From Flavobacterium sp. (GTDB lineage: Bacteria; Bacteroidota; Bacteroidia; Flavobacteriales; Flavobacteriaceae): a DNA stretch of 64,000 bases. The stretch is taken from assembly GCA_016721735.1 (NCBI GenBank), contig JADKHM010000019.1, forward strand, positions 420,034-484,033, in the 5' to 3' direction. The translations under genes were made by a program, and so were the position numbers. Each line of letters starts with the position of its first letter. Within the stretch, counting starts at the first letter, position 1. The notes under the pieces were generated by a model. That model was not told where the DNA came from and did no database searches. It was given only the letters and a program-made list of their open reading frames with translations. Positions 36,576 to 45,455 of the stretch are shown piece by piece.

Positions 36576-37058
36576 CTAATTGGCTTCTTCAATCTTTACT
36601 AGCATACTACCGCTATTCTTATTGCTGGCAATTTCCATAAAAGCTCGCTTTGAAAGGTCAATTTCCCGACCTCTTGCAAATGGGCCTCTATCTGTTACTT
36701 CTACCAGAACACATTGTCCGTTTGCTTCGTTTGTAATTCTGAGAATGGTCCCAAAAGGGAGCTTTCTATGAGCTGCCGTGTATTTGCTATTACTAAACTT
36801 CTTCCCGCTTGCGGTCCTTTTACCATTGAACTTATTAGCGTAATAAGAAGCATGGGCGCTTTTTTTATAAAGTCTAAATTTTCCCTTAAAAGCAATTACA
36901 GTGTCGTTAAAAATAATTTCTGGCTGCACAATTGCGGGATTTTCAATGGAAATTGTATCCTTCAAAATAGGAGCTTTAGCCTTTTTCTTAGGACTTGATT
37001 GCGCATTAGCAACCATTGCAAAACCCAGCAACAAAAACATCAAGAAAACTCTTCTCAT
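36576..37058 (-). CDS. rlpA: RlpA-family septal ring lytic transglycosylase (double-psi beta-barrel)
   Basis: Signal peptide, then ASYYANKFNGKRTASGKKF...TAAHRKLPFGT...VTDRGPFARGREIDLS. Confidence 0.8.
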   Translation of the reverse strand: MRRVFLMFLLLGFAMVANAQSSPKKKAKAPILKDTISIENPAIVQPEIIFNDTVIAFKGKFRLYKKSAHASYYANKFNGKRTASGKKFSNSKYTAAHRKLPFGTILRITNEANGQCVLVEVTDRGPFARGREIDLSKRAFMEIASNKNSGSMLVKIEEAN

Positions 37059-37122
37059 AGGAGATCTATTTTAGTACTCATAGTGAGTATTGATAAAGGT
37101 CTAAAGTAGAAATTACTTTAAA

Positions 37123-37545
37123 TTAAAACCACAATCCCCAGGGAATTCTGGACAAGATTAGAAGTAAACCAATTCCGTAAAAAACAGAAATTGCTTTGAA
37201 CTTGGAGTGATTTCCTTCCGCTTTTTTGTGTTTAGACCAGCCCATTGTGATTAGTACAATCGCAATAATATTGACCAATGGATGTTCCAAGGAAGTCAGA
37301 CGTAAAGCACTGTCACTCATTTGCCCAAAAGATGCCAAACCCAATGGTGAAACAAAATATAAAATGAAACCAAAAACCAACTGAAGGTGTGTTGCTATTA
37401 ATCCTAATAGTGCAAATCTCCTGTCTTTAGAGGTAAATTCTTTTTTAGAATTCATTCCCAAAAAAGAATTAATTACTGCAATTAACAAAGCTATTAAAAC
37501 TAAATATGCCCACCCTGAATGCGCTTTCTGAAGAATATCGTACAT
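37123..37545 (-). CDS. Small integral membrane protein (about 4 TM helices), function unknown
   Basis: Hydrophobic segment pattern only. Confidence 0.5.
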   Translation of the reverse strand: MYDILQKAHSGWAYLVLIALLIAVINSFLGMNSKKEFTSKDRRFALLGLIATHLQLVFGFILYFVSPLGLASFGQMSDSALRLTSLEHPLVNIIAIVLITMGWSKHKKAEGNHSKFKAISVFYGIGLLLILSRIPWGLWF

Positions 37546-37575
37546 TTTTTTATGTTTTTAGAATTTCAAATATAC

Positions 37576-37613
37576 ATAAAAACCGCAAAAAAACACCTGC
37601 TCATTTTGCGGTT
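37576..37613 (-). terminator. Intrinsic terminator after pgi
   Basis: Stem AACCGCAAAA/TTTTGCGGTT. The minus strand follows it with TTTTTATG. Confidence 0.75.
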
Positions 37614-37635
37614 TATACACTTTTGGTCGTAAAAA

Positions 37636-39279
37636 TTAGTTCTTGTCCAAAAAATGCTTCAGCAAAAAAGTAGTTGAAGCGTCGTGCTCATTTATCGTTT
37701 CAGAATTGATTTCTTCTAAGATTGAATTTGCCAATTGTTTCCCTAATTCAACTCCCCATTGATCGTAACTGAATATGTTCCATAACACACCCTGTACAAA
37801 AATCTTATGCTCGTATAGTGCAATTAGTGAACCCAATGATTCTGGTGTTAGTTTCTGTATCAGAATCGTGTTGGTTGGTTTATTCCCTTCAAAAACTTTA
37901 AATGGCAGAAGAAAGTCAGATTTCTCCTTTGAAATGCCTTGCTTATCAAATTCTGCTTGGACTTGCTGTGAACTCTTACCATTTAACAATGCTTCTGTTT
38001 GCGCGAAAAAATTCGACATTAGTTTATTGTGGTGATTCATGTCTCCATACAAAGGTTCTACAAATCCAATAAAGTCTGTTGGAATTAGTTTTGTACCTTG
38101 ATGAATTAACTGAAAAAATGCGTGTTGTGAGTTGGTTCCAGGTTCTCCCCAAATAATGGTGCCTGTTTGATAATTTACCCTTTTCCCGTCACGGCCGACA
38201 CTCTTACCGTTACTTTCCATAATGCCTTGTTGAAGATAAGGCGCTAATTTCTGTAAATATTGCGTGTATGGAATCAAAGCCTCACTTTCAGCACCAAAAA
38301 AGTTATTGTACCAAATACTTAAAAGCGCTAGTATAACAGGAATATTCTGGTCAAATTTCGTGGTCTTAAAATGCACATCCATTTTGTTTGCTCCTTTCAA
38401 AAGCGCATCAAAATGATCAAATCCAACCGCCAAACTAATTGATAAGCCAACGGCACTCCACAATGAAAATCTTCCGCCAACCCAATCCCACATTGGAAAA
38501 ACATTACCCGGGTCAATACCGAATTCTGTAACATTCTTAATATTCGTTGAAACCGCGACAAAATGCTTCGCAACATCTTCTTGCTTTGCAGCTTGTAAGA
38601 ACCAATTGCGAATTGTCTCTGAATTAGTTAAAGTTTCCTGCGTTGTAAACGTTTTTGAAACAATTACAAAAAGTGTTGTTTCAGGATTTATCTTTTTAAG
38701 AATCTCATGAACATGGTCACCATCGACATTGGAGACGAAATGAACATTCAAATGGTTCTTGTAAAATTGCAATGCTTCAACGACCATCGCTGGACCTAAA
38801 TCCGAGCCGCCAATTCCTATATTCACCACATCTGTAAAAGGCTTTCCTGTGTAGCCCTTTCGATCACCATTAACGATTTCGTCGGTAAACTTCTTGATGT
38901 TTTTCTTAACTTCAAAAATCTCTGGAACGACATTGATGCCATCCACTTTGATTACTGCATTTTCTTGTGCACGCAAAGCCGCGTGAAGAACTGCTCTGTT
39001 TTCCGTTTGATTGATGATATCTCCTGCAAAGTATTTGGAAATGGCATCTTGCAATTGCATGTTGTTGGCGAACTCCAGCAAGTGATCTAGCGTTTCCTTT
39101 GTGATATTATTTTTCGAAAAATCAACTAAAAAGTCATTCCATTGGATATGAAATTGCTGTGTTCTGGAAGTGCTGTTTTGAAACATTTCTTTGATAGAGT
39201 TGTGTTCCATCGTTTCAAAATGCGCTTTTAACTTCTGCCAGGCTGGCGTAGATGTTGGATTTATTTGGTTTAATGCCAT
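37636..39279 (-). CDS. pgi: Glucose-6-phosphate isomerase
   Basis: 547 aa with [21 protein letters not shown] and [14 protein letters not shown]. Confidence 0.95.
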   Translation of the reverse strand: MALNQINPTSTPAWQKLKAHFETMEHNSIKEMFQNSTSRTQQFHIQWNDFLVDFSKNNITKETLDHLLEFANNMQLQDAISKYFAGDIINQTENRAVLHAALRAQENAVIKVDGINVVPEIFEVKKNIKKFTDEIVNGDRKGYTGKPFTDVVNIGIGGSDLGPAMVVEALQFYKNHLNVHFVSNVDGDHVHEILKKINPETTLFVIVSKTFTTQETLTNSETIRNWFLQAAKQEDVAKHFVAVSTNIKNVTEFGIDPGNVFPMWDWVGGRFSLWSAVGLSISLAVGFDHFDALLKGANKMDVHFKTTKFDQNIPVILALLSIWYNNFFGAESEALIPYTQYLQKLAPYLQQGIMESNGKSVGRDGKRVNYQTGTIIWGEPGTNSQHAFFQLIHQGTKLIPTDFIGFVEPLYGDMNHHNKLMSNFFAQTEALLNGKSSQQVQAEFDKQGISKEKSDFLLPFKVFEGNKPTNTILIQKLTPESLGSLIALYEHKIFVQGVLWNIFSYDQWGVELGKQLANSILEEINSETINEHDASTTFLLKHFLDKN

Positions 39280-39303
39280 TTTTCTTTTGATTTATTTGAC
39301 GTG

Positions 39304-39311
39304 CAAATTTA
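39304..39311 (-). promoter_or_regulatory. Candidate -7 box TAAATTTG for pgi
   Basis: Reverse complement of caaattta, 25 nt upstream of ATG 39279. Confidence 0.4.
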
Positions 39312-39489
39312 CAATTATGTTTGTAAATAAACGGTTAACAATTAGCCCAGATAGTAATGGAAACTTTGCAGGAAAAAACGCTATTATTTTTGGGTGAAAA
39401 AGAGTGACCAAAGAAACTCCTTTTTCACCTTAAAAATAAAGTGTTTTGACAAAAAGTTGGAATGAATAGCTGGAATTAGCTCCCAATAA

Positions 39490-40752
39490 TTATTTCTTTG
39501 CCTTCAGTCGTGCCACGCTATCCAATTCTCTTTTTAGTGGTTTCATTTGATTTAAGAAACGCGGTAAATTCTGCTTATTCATTGGCTCTGAATTGGGCAA
39601 CTTTAGTCGAAGCGCATCTACTTGAACTCCATTTTTCCAGAAGCGATAGCACACGTGCGGCCCGGTAGCTAGACCTGTACTTCCCACTTTTCCGATTACA
39701 TCACCTTGATTGACGCGTTGTCCTCTTCGCACCAAAATTCTGGACATGTGAAGATATTGTGTCGAATACGTTCGGTCGTGTTTGACTTTAACGAAATTGC
39801 CGTTTCCTGCGGTAAAACCGGTTTGTTCAACAACTCCTGAAGCTGTTGTCATGATTGGCGTTCCTGTCGGTGCGGCGTAATCGGTTCCTTTGTGTGCTTT
39901 CCAGATCATTTGAACTGGATGAAAGCGATTTTTGGCAAAACGTGAGGTAATATTCACAAATTTCAGTGGTGCTTTTAGGAAAAAATTCTTCAGTGCTTTT
40001 CCTTCATCGTCAAAATAATCTAGTTTGCCTGAACCTTCATTTTGTTCGAACGGAAAGGCGTAAATTTTCTTTCCTTTATATTCGAAAAAAGCTGCTTTTA
40101 AGCTGTCGACACCGTCGTAAATGGTGTCGTCGATATATCTTTCCGTGAATGTGATGCCGAACTTATCGCCTCTTTTCAGCTTAAAGAAGTCGATTGACCA
40201 CGCATATATTTTGGTGATTTTGCTTGCCAATGCGGCGTCAACTCCTTCTTTTTCGATAGCTTCAGATAAGGAACCATTGAGACTACCAGCAATGGTTTTC
40301 TTTTTAAAGGTTACCGGTCGGACTTTTTTGAAAACGTGAACAGAATCTCTTAGATCAATTACGTAATAACTTCCTCTGTCGGGTTGGTAGACAAAGGCTT
40401 GCAATTTTTTGTTCCGATCTTTAGATCTGAAAAGGGTAAATGGTTTTCCTATTCTCATAATCCGGACATCAAAACTGTCTTTTACTTTTTCGATGATGTC
40501 ATAAGCTTTTTGCGCTCCTAAATTTTGTTGATTTAGAATGCTTCCGAAGGTGTCGCCATTTTGAATAGTGTCATTAGAAACGTTGAAATCATTGTATTTG
40601 AACCCAAATTTTTCAACAATAGGTATAGGTTTGTTTTCTTCAAATACGACATCATTTTCCGATTTATTGCAGGAAAATAAAGTGATGAGCATCAAACTAT
40701 ATATAAGTGCTTGTTTCAAATTGAATGAGTTGTATGATTTAAGATTCAGCAC
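39490..40752 (-). CDS. M23-family peptidoglycan metalloendopeptidase, probable lipoprotein
   Basis: HKGTDYAAPTGTPI (HxxxD) and QYLHMS. The final motif reads GPHVCY rather than HxH. The track start is GTG 40752; an alternative TTG at 40719 gives MKQALIYSLMLITLFSC, a cleaner lipobox signal. Confidence 0.8.
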   Translation of the reverse strand: MLNLKSYNSFNLKQALIYSLMLITLFSCNKSENDVVFEENKPIPIVEKFGFKYNDFNVSNDTIQNGDTFGSILNQQNLGAQKAYDIIEKVKDSFDVRIMRIGKPFTLFRSKDRNKKLQAFVYQPDRGSYYVIDLRDSVHVFKKVRPVTFKKKTIAGSLNGSLSEAIEKEGVDAALASKITKIYAWSIDFFKLKRGDKFGITFTERYIDDTIYDGVDSLKAAFFEYKGKKIYAFPFEQNEGSGKLDYFDDEGKALKNFFLKAPLKFVNITSRFAKNRFHPVQMIWKAHKGTDYAAPTGTPIMTTASGVVEQTGFTAGNGNFVKVKHDRTYSTQYLHMSRILVRRGQRVNQGDVIGKVGSTGLATGPHVCYRFWKNGVQVDALRLKLPNSEPMNKQNLPRFLNQMKPLKRELDSVARLKAKK

Positions 40753-41671
40753 CCCAATTCTTTAGTTCTTCCTCTGACCATAATTCTGGGAAGAAAATCC
40801 TTCTTTGATATTTTGGGTGCATGTATTTTTTCCAGTCACTTCCACCTGTCGCTTCGCCAGTTCCTTGGCCATTATCAATGTATTTCTTTGCAGCGTTGAG
40901 GTGACCCATCACCCAAGTAATATTTACGGTGCGGTCGTAATGGCGCATGGCCTGAACTAGTTCAGGATTATTTTGATCTGTTTCCGGGAGTTGCTTGAAC
41001 TTTTGCCACAAATTGATTGTGTTATAATGTTCCATTTCTCTGAGAAAAAGAGCTTTGTACTTTCGTTCAAATTCAAGTATCAAGAATGATTTTTCACCGG
41101 TTGTATGATCTTTCCCTGCCGCTTGCCAATACAAGTGTTCAAATGCATGTTCGTAAGGAGTATTTCTGTCAATAGTAGCTCTAAATCTATAATCAATTAA
41201 ATTAATTAGGTCTGTAGAAGCAAATTCAATCAAGCGATATTGTGCACTTTGAAAGCCACTCGCGGGAGTTAGGGTATTCCTAAACTTCATATACTGTTCT
41301 ACCTCCATGCCATCACCCATAATGTCAAAAGAAGTGGTAAGCATGTCAAAATAGCGACTGATGCGCATCAGTCGTTCGGTGAAAAAAGTGATTTGCGGTT
41401 TTTGATGATCGGAAATCTGTTTGATCTCCCACAAGATCATCTTAAATAGAAGTTCATTGACTTGATGGTACATAATAAAAACCATTTCGTCTGGTAGAGT
41501 TGTTCTTTGTGTTTGCAAATTGAGGAGTGCATCGGTTTGAATGTAATCCCAATACGTTATTGGTTTTGCCCACAGCAATCCTTCGAGGTGTGTTGTTGTT
41601 TTTTGGTCTATTGCCTCAAATTTTTCTTCTATATTATTTAAAATTTCCTGTGTAGCGTTGGTAATCTCCAT
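40739..41671 (-). CDS. kynA: Tryptophan 2,3-dioxygenase
   Basis: 310 aa with YWDYIQTDALLNLQ..., MVFIMYHQVNELLFKMILWE and SGFQSAQYR, typical of the TDO family. Confidence 0.85.
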   Translation of the reverse strand: MEITNATQEILNNIEEKFEAIDQKTTTHLEGLLWAKPITYWDYIQTDALLNLQTQRTTLPDEMVFIMYHQVNELLFKMILWEIKQISDHQKPQITFFTERLMRISRYFDMLTTSFDIMGDGMEVEQYMKFRNTLTPASGFQSAQYRLIEFASTDLINLIDYRFRATIDRNTPYEHAFEHLYWQAAGKDHTTGEKSFLILEFERKYKALFLREMEHYNTINLWQKFKQLPETDQNNPELVQAMRHYDRTVNITWVMGHLNAAKKYIDNGQGTGEATGGSDWKKYMHPKYQRRIFFPELWSEEELKNWGAES

Positions 41672-42447
41672 TAGGGTTTTGCTTTTACTTTGAATGAATA
41701 TTTGAGTCCTTTAAAGCCATCTAAATCTGCTTTTATTGATCCCACTGCAAGGCTCGCTTTGATTCGTAATGGCAACTTATTGTCATCATTTGAAATCCAA
41801 ACCGTTAGACTTTCTTCTTCCTTAAAGACCCTTCCTGATTGCACTAGCGGTCGAAATATCATTGAAGAAACTGTTCCAAATTTGGTTTCTATGTCTTCGT
41901 AACCTAGAAATTTTAGTTTAAATTTTGTTGATTCGTTATCAAAAAACATATCTACTGCAATAGACTCTCCAATTTTTAATTTATCGACTGATGGGTAATT
42001 TCGAAGATAATAGAAGGTTGAAACGATATCTTGTGTGTGATTTGAAAATGAAAAAGTTTTCTCATTTCCATTTTCATAATCTTTTACTAAAATTTTATTT
42101 GTTTCTTGATTAAAGAACCCCTCTTGGTTTTTTTTATAGCCGCCTTCGTCAATTTTTCTGACAAACTGATATGGGCTACCTGTTTCTTTGTCAAAATAAC
42201 TTTCGTACAAATCATCCACTTTAAAAAAGAATCGAGACAAACCGGTGGTATAACCTTTTCCGATGGCATGATAAACTTTTTTGTTATTTATCACCGCTTC
42301 CTTTACTTCAAGGGTGGCGTATCCTGCATTTACAAGACCATAATGGATTCTAAATTTAAACCACTCGCCAACATCAAATGCCCTTTCTTTTTGCGAACTA
42401 AACCCAAAAGTTGTTGCTATAAAAACTAATACTAGTACTTTTTTCAT
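41671..42447 (-). CDS. DUF3108-like secreted protein
   Basis: Signal peptide MKKVLVLVFIATTFGFSSQ. GEWFKFRIHYGLVNAGYATLEV resembles DUF3108 proteins. Its stop overlaps the kynA start (TAATG). Confidence 0.55.
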   Translation of the reverse strand: MKKVLVLVFIATTFGFSSQKERAFDVGEWFKFRIHYGLVNAGYATLEVKEAVINNKKVYHAIGKGYTTGLSRFFFKVDDLYESYFDKETGSPYQFVRKIDEGGYKKNQEGFFNQETNKILVKDYENGNEKTFSFSNHTQDIVSTFYYLRNYPSVDKLKIGESIAVDMFFDNESTKFKLKFLGYEDIETKFGTVSSMIFRPLVQSGRVFKEEESLTVWISNDDNKLPLRIKASLAVGSIKADLDGFKGLKYSFKVKAKP

Positions 42448-42490
42448 TTTTTTAGAGAATTGATTTCGGCGCGAAATACAATATCTGTTC

Positions 42491-42498
42491 CAAATGTA
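42491..42498 (-). promoter_or_regulatory. Candidate -7 box TACATTTG for the DUF3108-kynA-M23 operon
   Basis: Reverse complement of caaatgta, 44 nt upstream of ATG 42447. Confidence 0.4.
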
Positions 42499-42504
42499 TT
42501 AAAA

Positions 42505-42534
42505 CAAAAAAACTCAGTCAAATAATGACCGAGT
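42505..42534 (-). terminator. Intrinsic terminator, about 200 nt downstream of the hppD stop
   Basis: Minus strand reads ACTCGGTCA-ttatt-TGACTGAGT followed by TTTTTTT. Confidence 0.75.
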
Positions 42535-42740
42535 TTTTATGCTATTAACCAACCAAAAACTATAAATTATGATAAATTTATATAAAAACTTCCGGAAACC
42601 ACTCCTTCATTTTTGTTGGTACAAAGATAGTTTGTTTTTGAATTATGTCTAAAAATATTTTCGCTTTAACACGAAATGTTCAATAAACACATAACTACAA
42701 CGTTGTATTTTGCGAATAATTCAAGTTTTTTGTCGAAACG

Positions 42741-43901
42741 TTACAAAGTTCCTCTTTTTTCTTGTTCTCTTTCAATAGATTCAAAAAGCGCTTTAAAATT
42801 TCCTGCGCCAAAACCTTTCGCTCCCATTCGTTGAATAATCTCGAAAAACAAAGTTGGTCTGTCTTCTACTGGTTTAGTGAAAATTTGTAGTAAATAACCA
42901 TCTTCATCAGCATCAACCATAATAGCAAGCTTTTCAATCATAGTTAAATCCTCATGCATCATGTTCATATGATCGCCTAAACGATGTGGAATGTCTTCAT
43001 AATATGCGCGCGGCGGAGCGGATAAGAACTCAATTCCTCTAGCGCGTAATTCTGTGACGGTTGCAATAATGTCATCTGTTGCGATTGCGATATGTTGCAC
43101 CCCTGAACCTTCGTAAAAATCTAAATATTCTTCGATCTGAGACCGCTTGTTTCCTTTTGCAGGCTCGTTGATTGGAAATTTAATTCTTCCATTTCCGTTA
43201 CTCATTACTTTGCTCATCAAAGCAGAATATTCGGTATGTATTTGCTTGTCATCGAAAGAAAGAAAATTGACAAACCCCATCACTTCCTCATACCATTTTA
43301 CCCATTCATTCATTTGGTTCCAACCAACATTTCCGACCATGTGGTCAACATATTTCAAGCCAACGGGCGTTGGATTGTAATCAGATTTCCATTCCACATA
43401 ACCAGGTAAAAAAGTACCAGTGTAATTTTTGCGTTCCACAAACATGTGAACCGTTTCTCCGTAGGTATAAATTCCGGCGCGAATAACTTCTCCAAATTCG
43501 TCTTTTTCAACTACTGGCTCCATATATACTTTGGCGCCTCGCTTTGTAGTTTCTTCAAATGATTTTCTGGCGTCTTCTACCCACAAAGCAATAATTTTTA
43601 CGCCATCTCCGTGCTTTTTAACGTGCTCTCCAATGGGAGAATCACTGGTTAACGCTGTCGTGAGGACCAATCTGATTTTGTCTTGTTTTAGAACGTATGA
43701 CGCTCTATCACGAACTCCTGTTTCTAATCCTGCATAAGCTAAAGACTGAAAACCAAAAGCTGTTTTGTAAAAATGAGCGGCTTGCTTTGCGTTTCCTACG
43801 TAAAATTCTACGTAATCTGTTCCCATTAATGGAAGGAAGTCTTGTGCTCCTTCAAATATTTTTTCGAGTCCATATTCAACGGACGTTACTTGTTTTGACA
43901 T
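42741..43901 (-). CDS. hppD: 4-hydroxyphenylpyruvate dioxygenase
   Basis: 386 aa with two VOC modules and C-terminal FFEIIQR..GFGAGNFKALFESIEREQ. Confidence 0.92.
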   Translation of the reverse strand: MSKQVTSVEYGLEKIFEGAQDFLPLMGTDYVEFYVGNAKQAAHFYKTAFGFQSLAYAGLETGVRDRASYVLKQDKIRLVLTTALTSDSPIGEHVKKHGDGVKIIALWVEDARKSFEETTKRGAKVYMEPVVEKDEFGEVIRAGIYTYGETVHMFVERKNYTGTFLPGYVEWKSDYNPTPVGLKYVDHMVGNVGWNQMNEWVKWYEEVMGFVNFLSFDDKQIHTEYSALMSKVMSNGNGRIKFPINEPAKGNKRSQIEEYLDFYEGSGVQHIAIATDDIIATVTELRARGIEFLSAPPRAYYEDIPHRLGDHMNMMHEDLTMIEKLAIMVDADEDGYLLQIFTKPVEDRPTLFFEIIQRMGAKGFGAGNFKALFESIEREQEKRGTL

Positions 43902-43970
43902 ACTATTTATTTTTATGCTGCCTTTTTAGTGGCGCTGATTTTTAATGCATTTAAAATGTGTTTTCTACGA

Positions 43971-44055
43971 GATGCCTAGCCCTGATGGTAACGGCATCCT
44001 TTTGTGCTGTTGTTCAGCACAAAAGATATAGTGAACAGCGGGAAGTTGCTCCGCC
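43971..44055 (+). repeat. GC-rich structured intergenic repeat, copy A
   Basis: Stems GATGCC/GGCATC (43971-76 / 43993-98) and CTTTTGTGCTG/CAGCACAAAAG (43999-44009 / 44015-25). About 70 of 83 hand-aligned positions are identical to copy B. Confidence 0.8.
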
Positions 44056-44058
44056 TAA

Positions 44059-45216
44059 TTATTCTACCCAAGATTTGTAATAGGCGCCATCGTCAATTCC
44101 CATTGCTTCTTCGGTGACCATTAATGGACGAAAAGTATCAACCATAACGGCTAGTTCTTGTGTTTCCGTTTGTCCAATGCTGCGTTCCATCGCTCCTGGC
44201 GCTGGTCCGTGAGGAATACCTTTTGGATGTAGCGTGATGTGTCCTTGTTCGATGTTATTTCTTGACATAAAATCTCCATCCACATAATATAATACCTCAT
44301 CGCTATCTATATTGCTGTGGTTATATGGCGCTGGAATTGCTTTCGGGTGATAATCATATAATCTAGGAACGAAAGAGCACACGACAAAAGTGGCCGTTTC
44401 AAAAGTTTGATGCACTGGTGGCGGTTGGTGTACGCGCCCGGTAATTGGCTCAAAGTTATGTATTGAAAAACCGTACGGGAAATTAAAACCGTCCCATCCG
44501 ATAACATCAAAAGGATGAGTAGCATATACTACTTCGTGAATCATACCTTCTTTTTTGATCTTGATGAGAAAATCGCCTTTTTCGTCAAACGTCTCTAATT
44601 CTGTCGGCAATTTAAAATCACGCTCGCAGAAAGGCGCGTGCTCAAGATGCTGACCTGATTCGTTTTTGTATCGTTTTGGTGTATAAAACGGTGCGAATGA
44701 CTCGACGTAAAATAAGCGATTTTCAGTTGATTCAAATTCGATTTGGTAAATCATTCCACGAGGAATAATAAGGTAATCCCCGTATTCAAAAGGAATATTC
44801 CCCATCATAGTCCGCAATTTTCCTTTGCCTTTGTGGATGAAGATCATTTCGTCCGCATCGGCGTTCTTATAGAAATAAGAAGTTAGTGATTGTTGGGGCG
44901 CGGCTAGACCTATCGTACAATCTCTATTGACCAACATAGGTTTGCGGCTTTCCAGAAAATCAGCGTGTGGTTTTAGATCAAAACCTTTTAGTAGCAGTGA
45001 TTTTATGTTTTTATCGATAGCGATCTTAGGTTCTACCGAATAGGATTTGATAATTTCTTTGACTTGCGTCGGTCGATGAACATGGTACAGCAGCGACGAA
45101 TGTCCGCTAAATCCTTCTGTCCCGAATAGTTGTTCATAATATAAGCCTCCGTTTGGTTTTTCAAATACGATATGTCGTTTTTGCGGGAAGCTACCAAGTT
45201 TATGGTATATAGGCAT
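44059..45216 (-). CDS. hmgA: Homogentisate 1,2-dioxygenase
   Basis: 385 aa. Cupin-type HGO-like sequence lying adjacent to hppD. Confidence 0.85.
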   Translation of the reverse strand: MPIYHKLGSFPQKRHIVFEKPNGGLYYEQLFGTEGFSGHSSLLYHVHRPTQVKEIIKSYSVEPKIAIDKNIKSLLLKGFDLKPHADFLESRKPMLVNRDCTIGLAAPQQSLTSYFYKNADADEMIFIHKGKGKLRTMMGNIPFEYGDYLIIPRGMIYQIEFESTENRLFYVESFAPFYTPKRYKNESGQHLEHAPFCERDFKLPTELETFDEKGDFLIKIKKEGMIHEVVYATHPFDVIGWDGFNFPYGFSIHNFEPITGRVHQPPPVHQTFETATFVVCSFVPRLYDYHPKAIPAPYNHSNIDSDEVLYYVDGDFMSRNNIEQGHITLHPKGIPHGPAPGAMERSIGQTETQELAVMVDTFRPLMVTEEAMGIDDGAYYKSWVE

Positions 45217-45394
45217 GGTTTTAAAATTTAGATTTATGATTAGATTGCGAATTAGTAATTCCCATCTATCATTCTGGATTCCTTTTCATTAGGAAATGCA
45301 GATACTCTAATAAACCTATCCAATTTGTTTTCATAGTAACAAATATCGTAAAAAAACACTTTTTAATTTCAATATTGAGGAGAAATTTTTAATC

Positions 45395-45431
45395 AAAAAA
45401 AAACACTTTTAGTTCAATTAAACCAAAAGTG
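45395..45431 (-). terminator. Intrinsic terminator after the amino acid permease gene
   Basis: Stem CACTTTT/AAAAGTG with a T9 run on the minus strand. Confidence 0.7.
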
Positions 45432-45455
45432 CTCTTTCAAAATATGATTGCCTTC

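Noticed and set aside
39394-39430. Hairpin GGTGAAAAAGAG/CTCCTTTTTCACC resembling the GGTGAAA/TTTCACC hairpin of the sodA-purF repeats
   Set aside because: Similarity is limited to the 7-nt stem ends. The flanks and loop are unrelated, and neither strand has a proper U-tract. It is probably an ordinary weak terminator or stabiliser after the M23 gene, not a family member.
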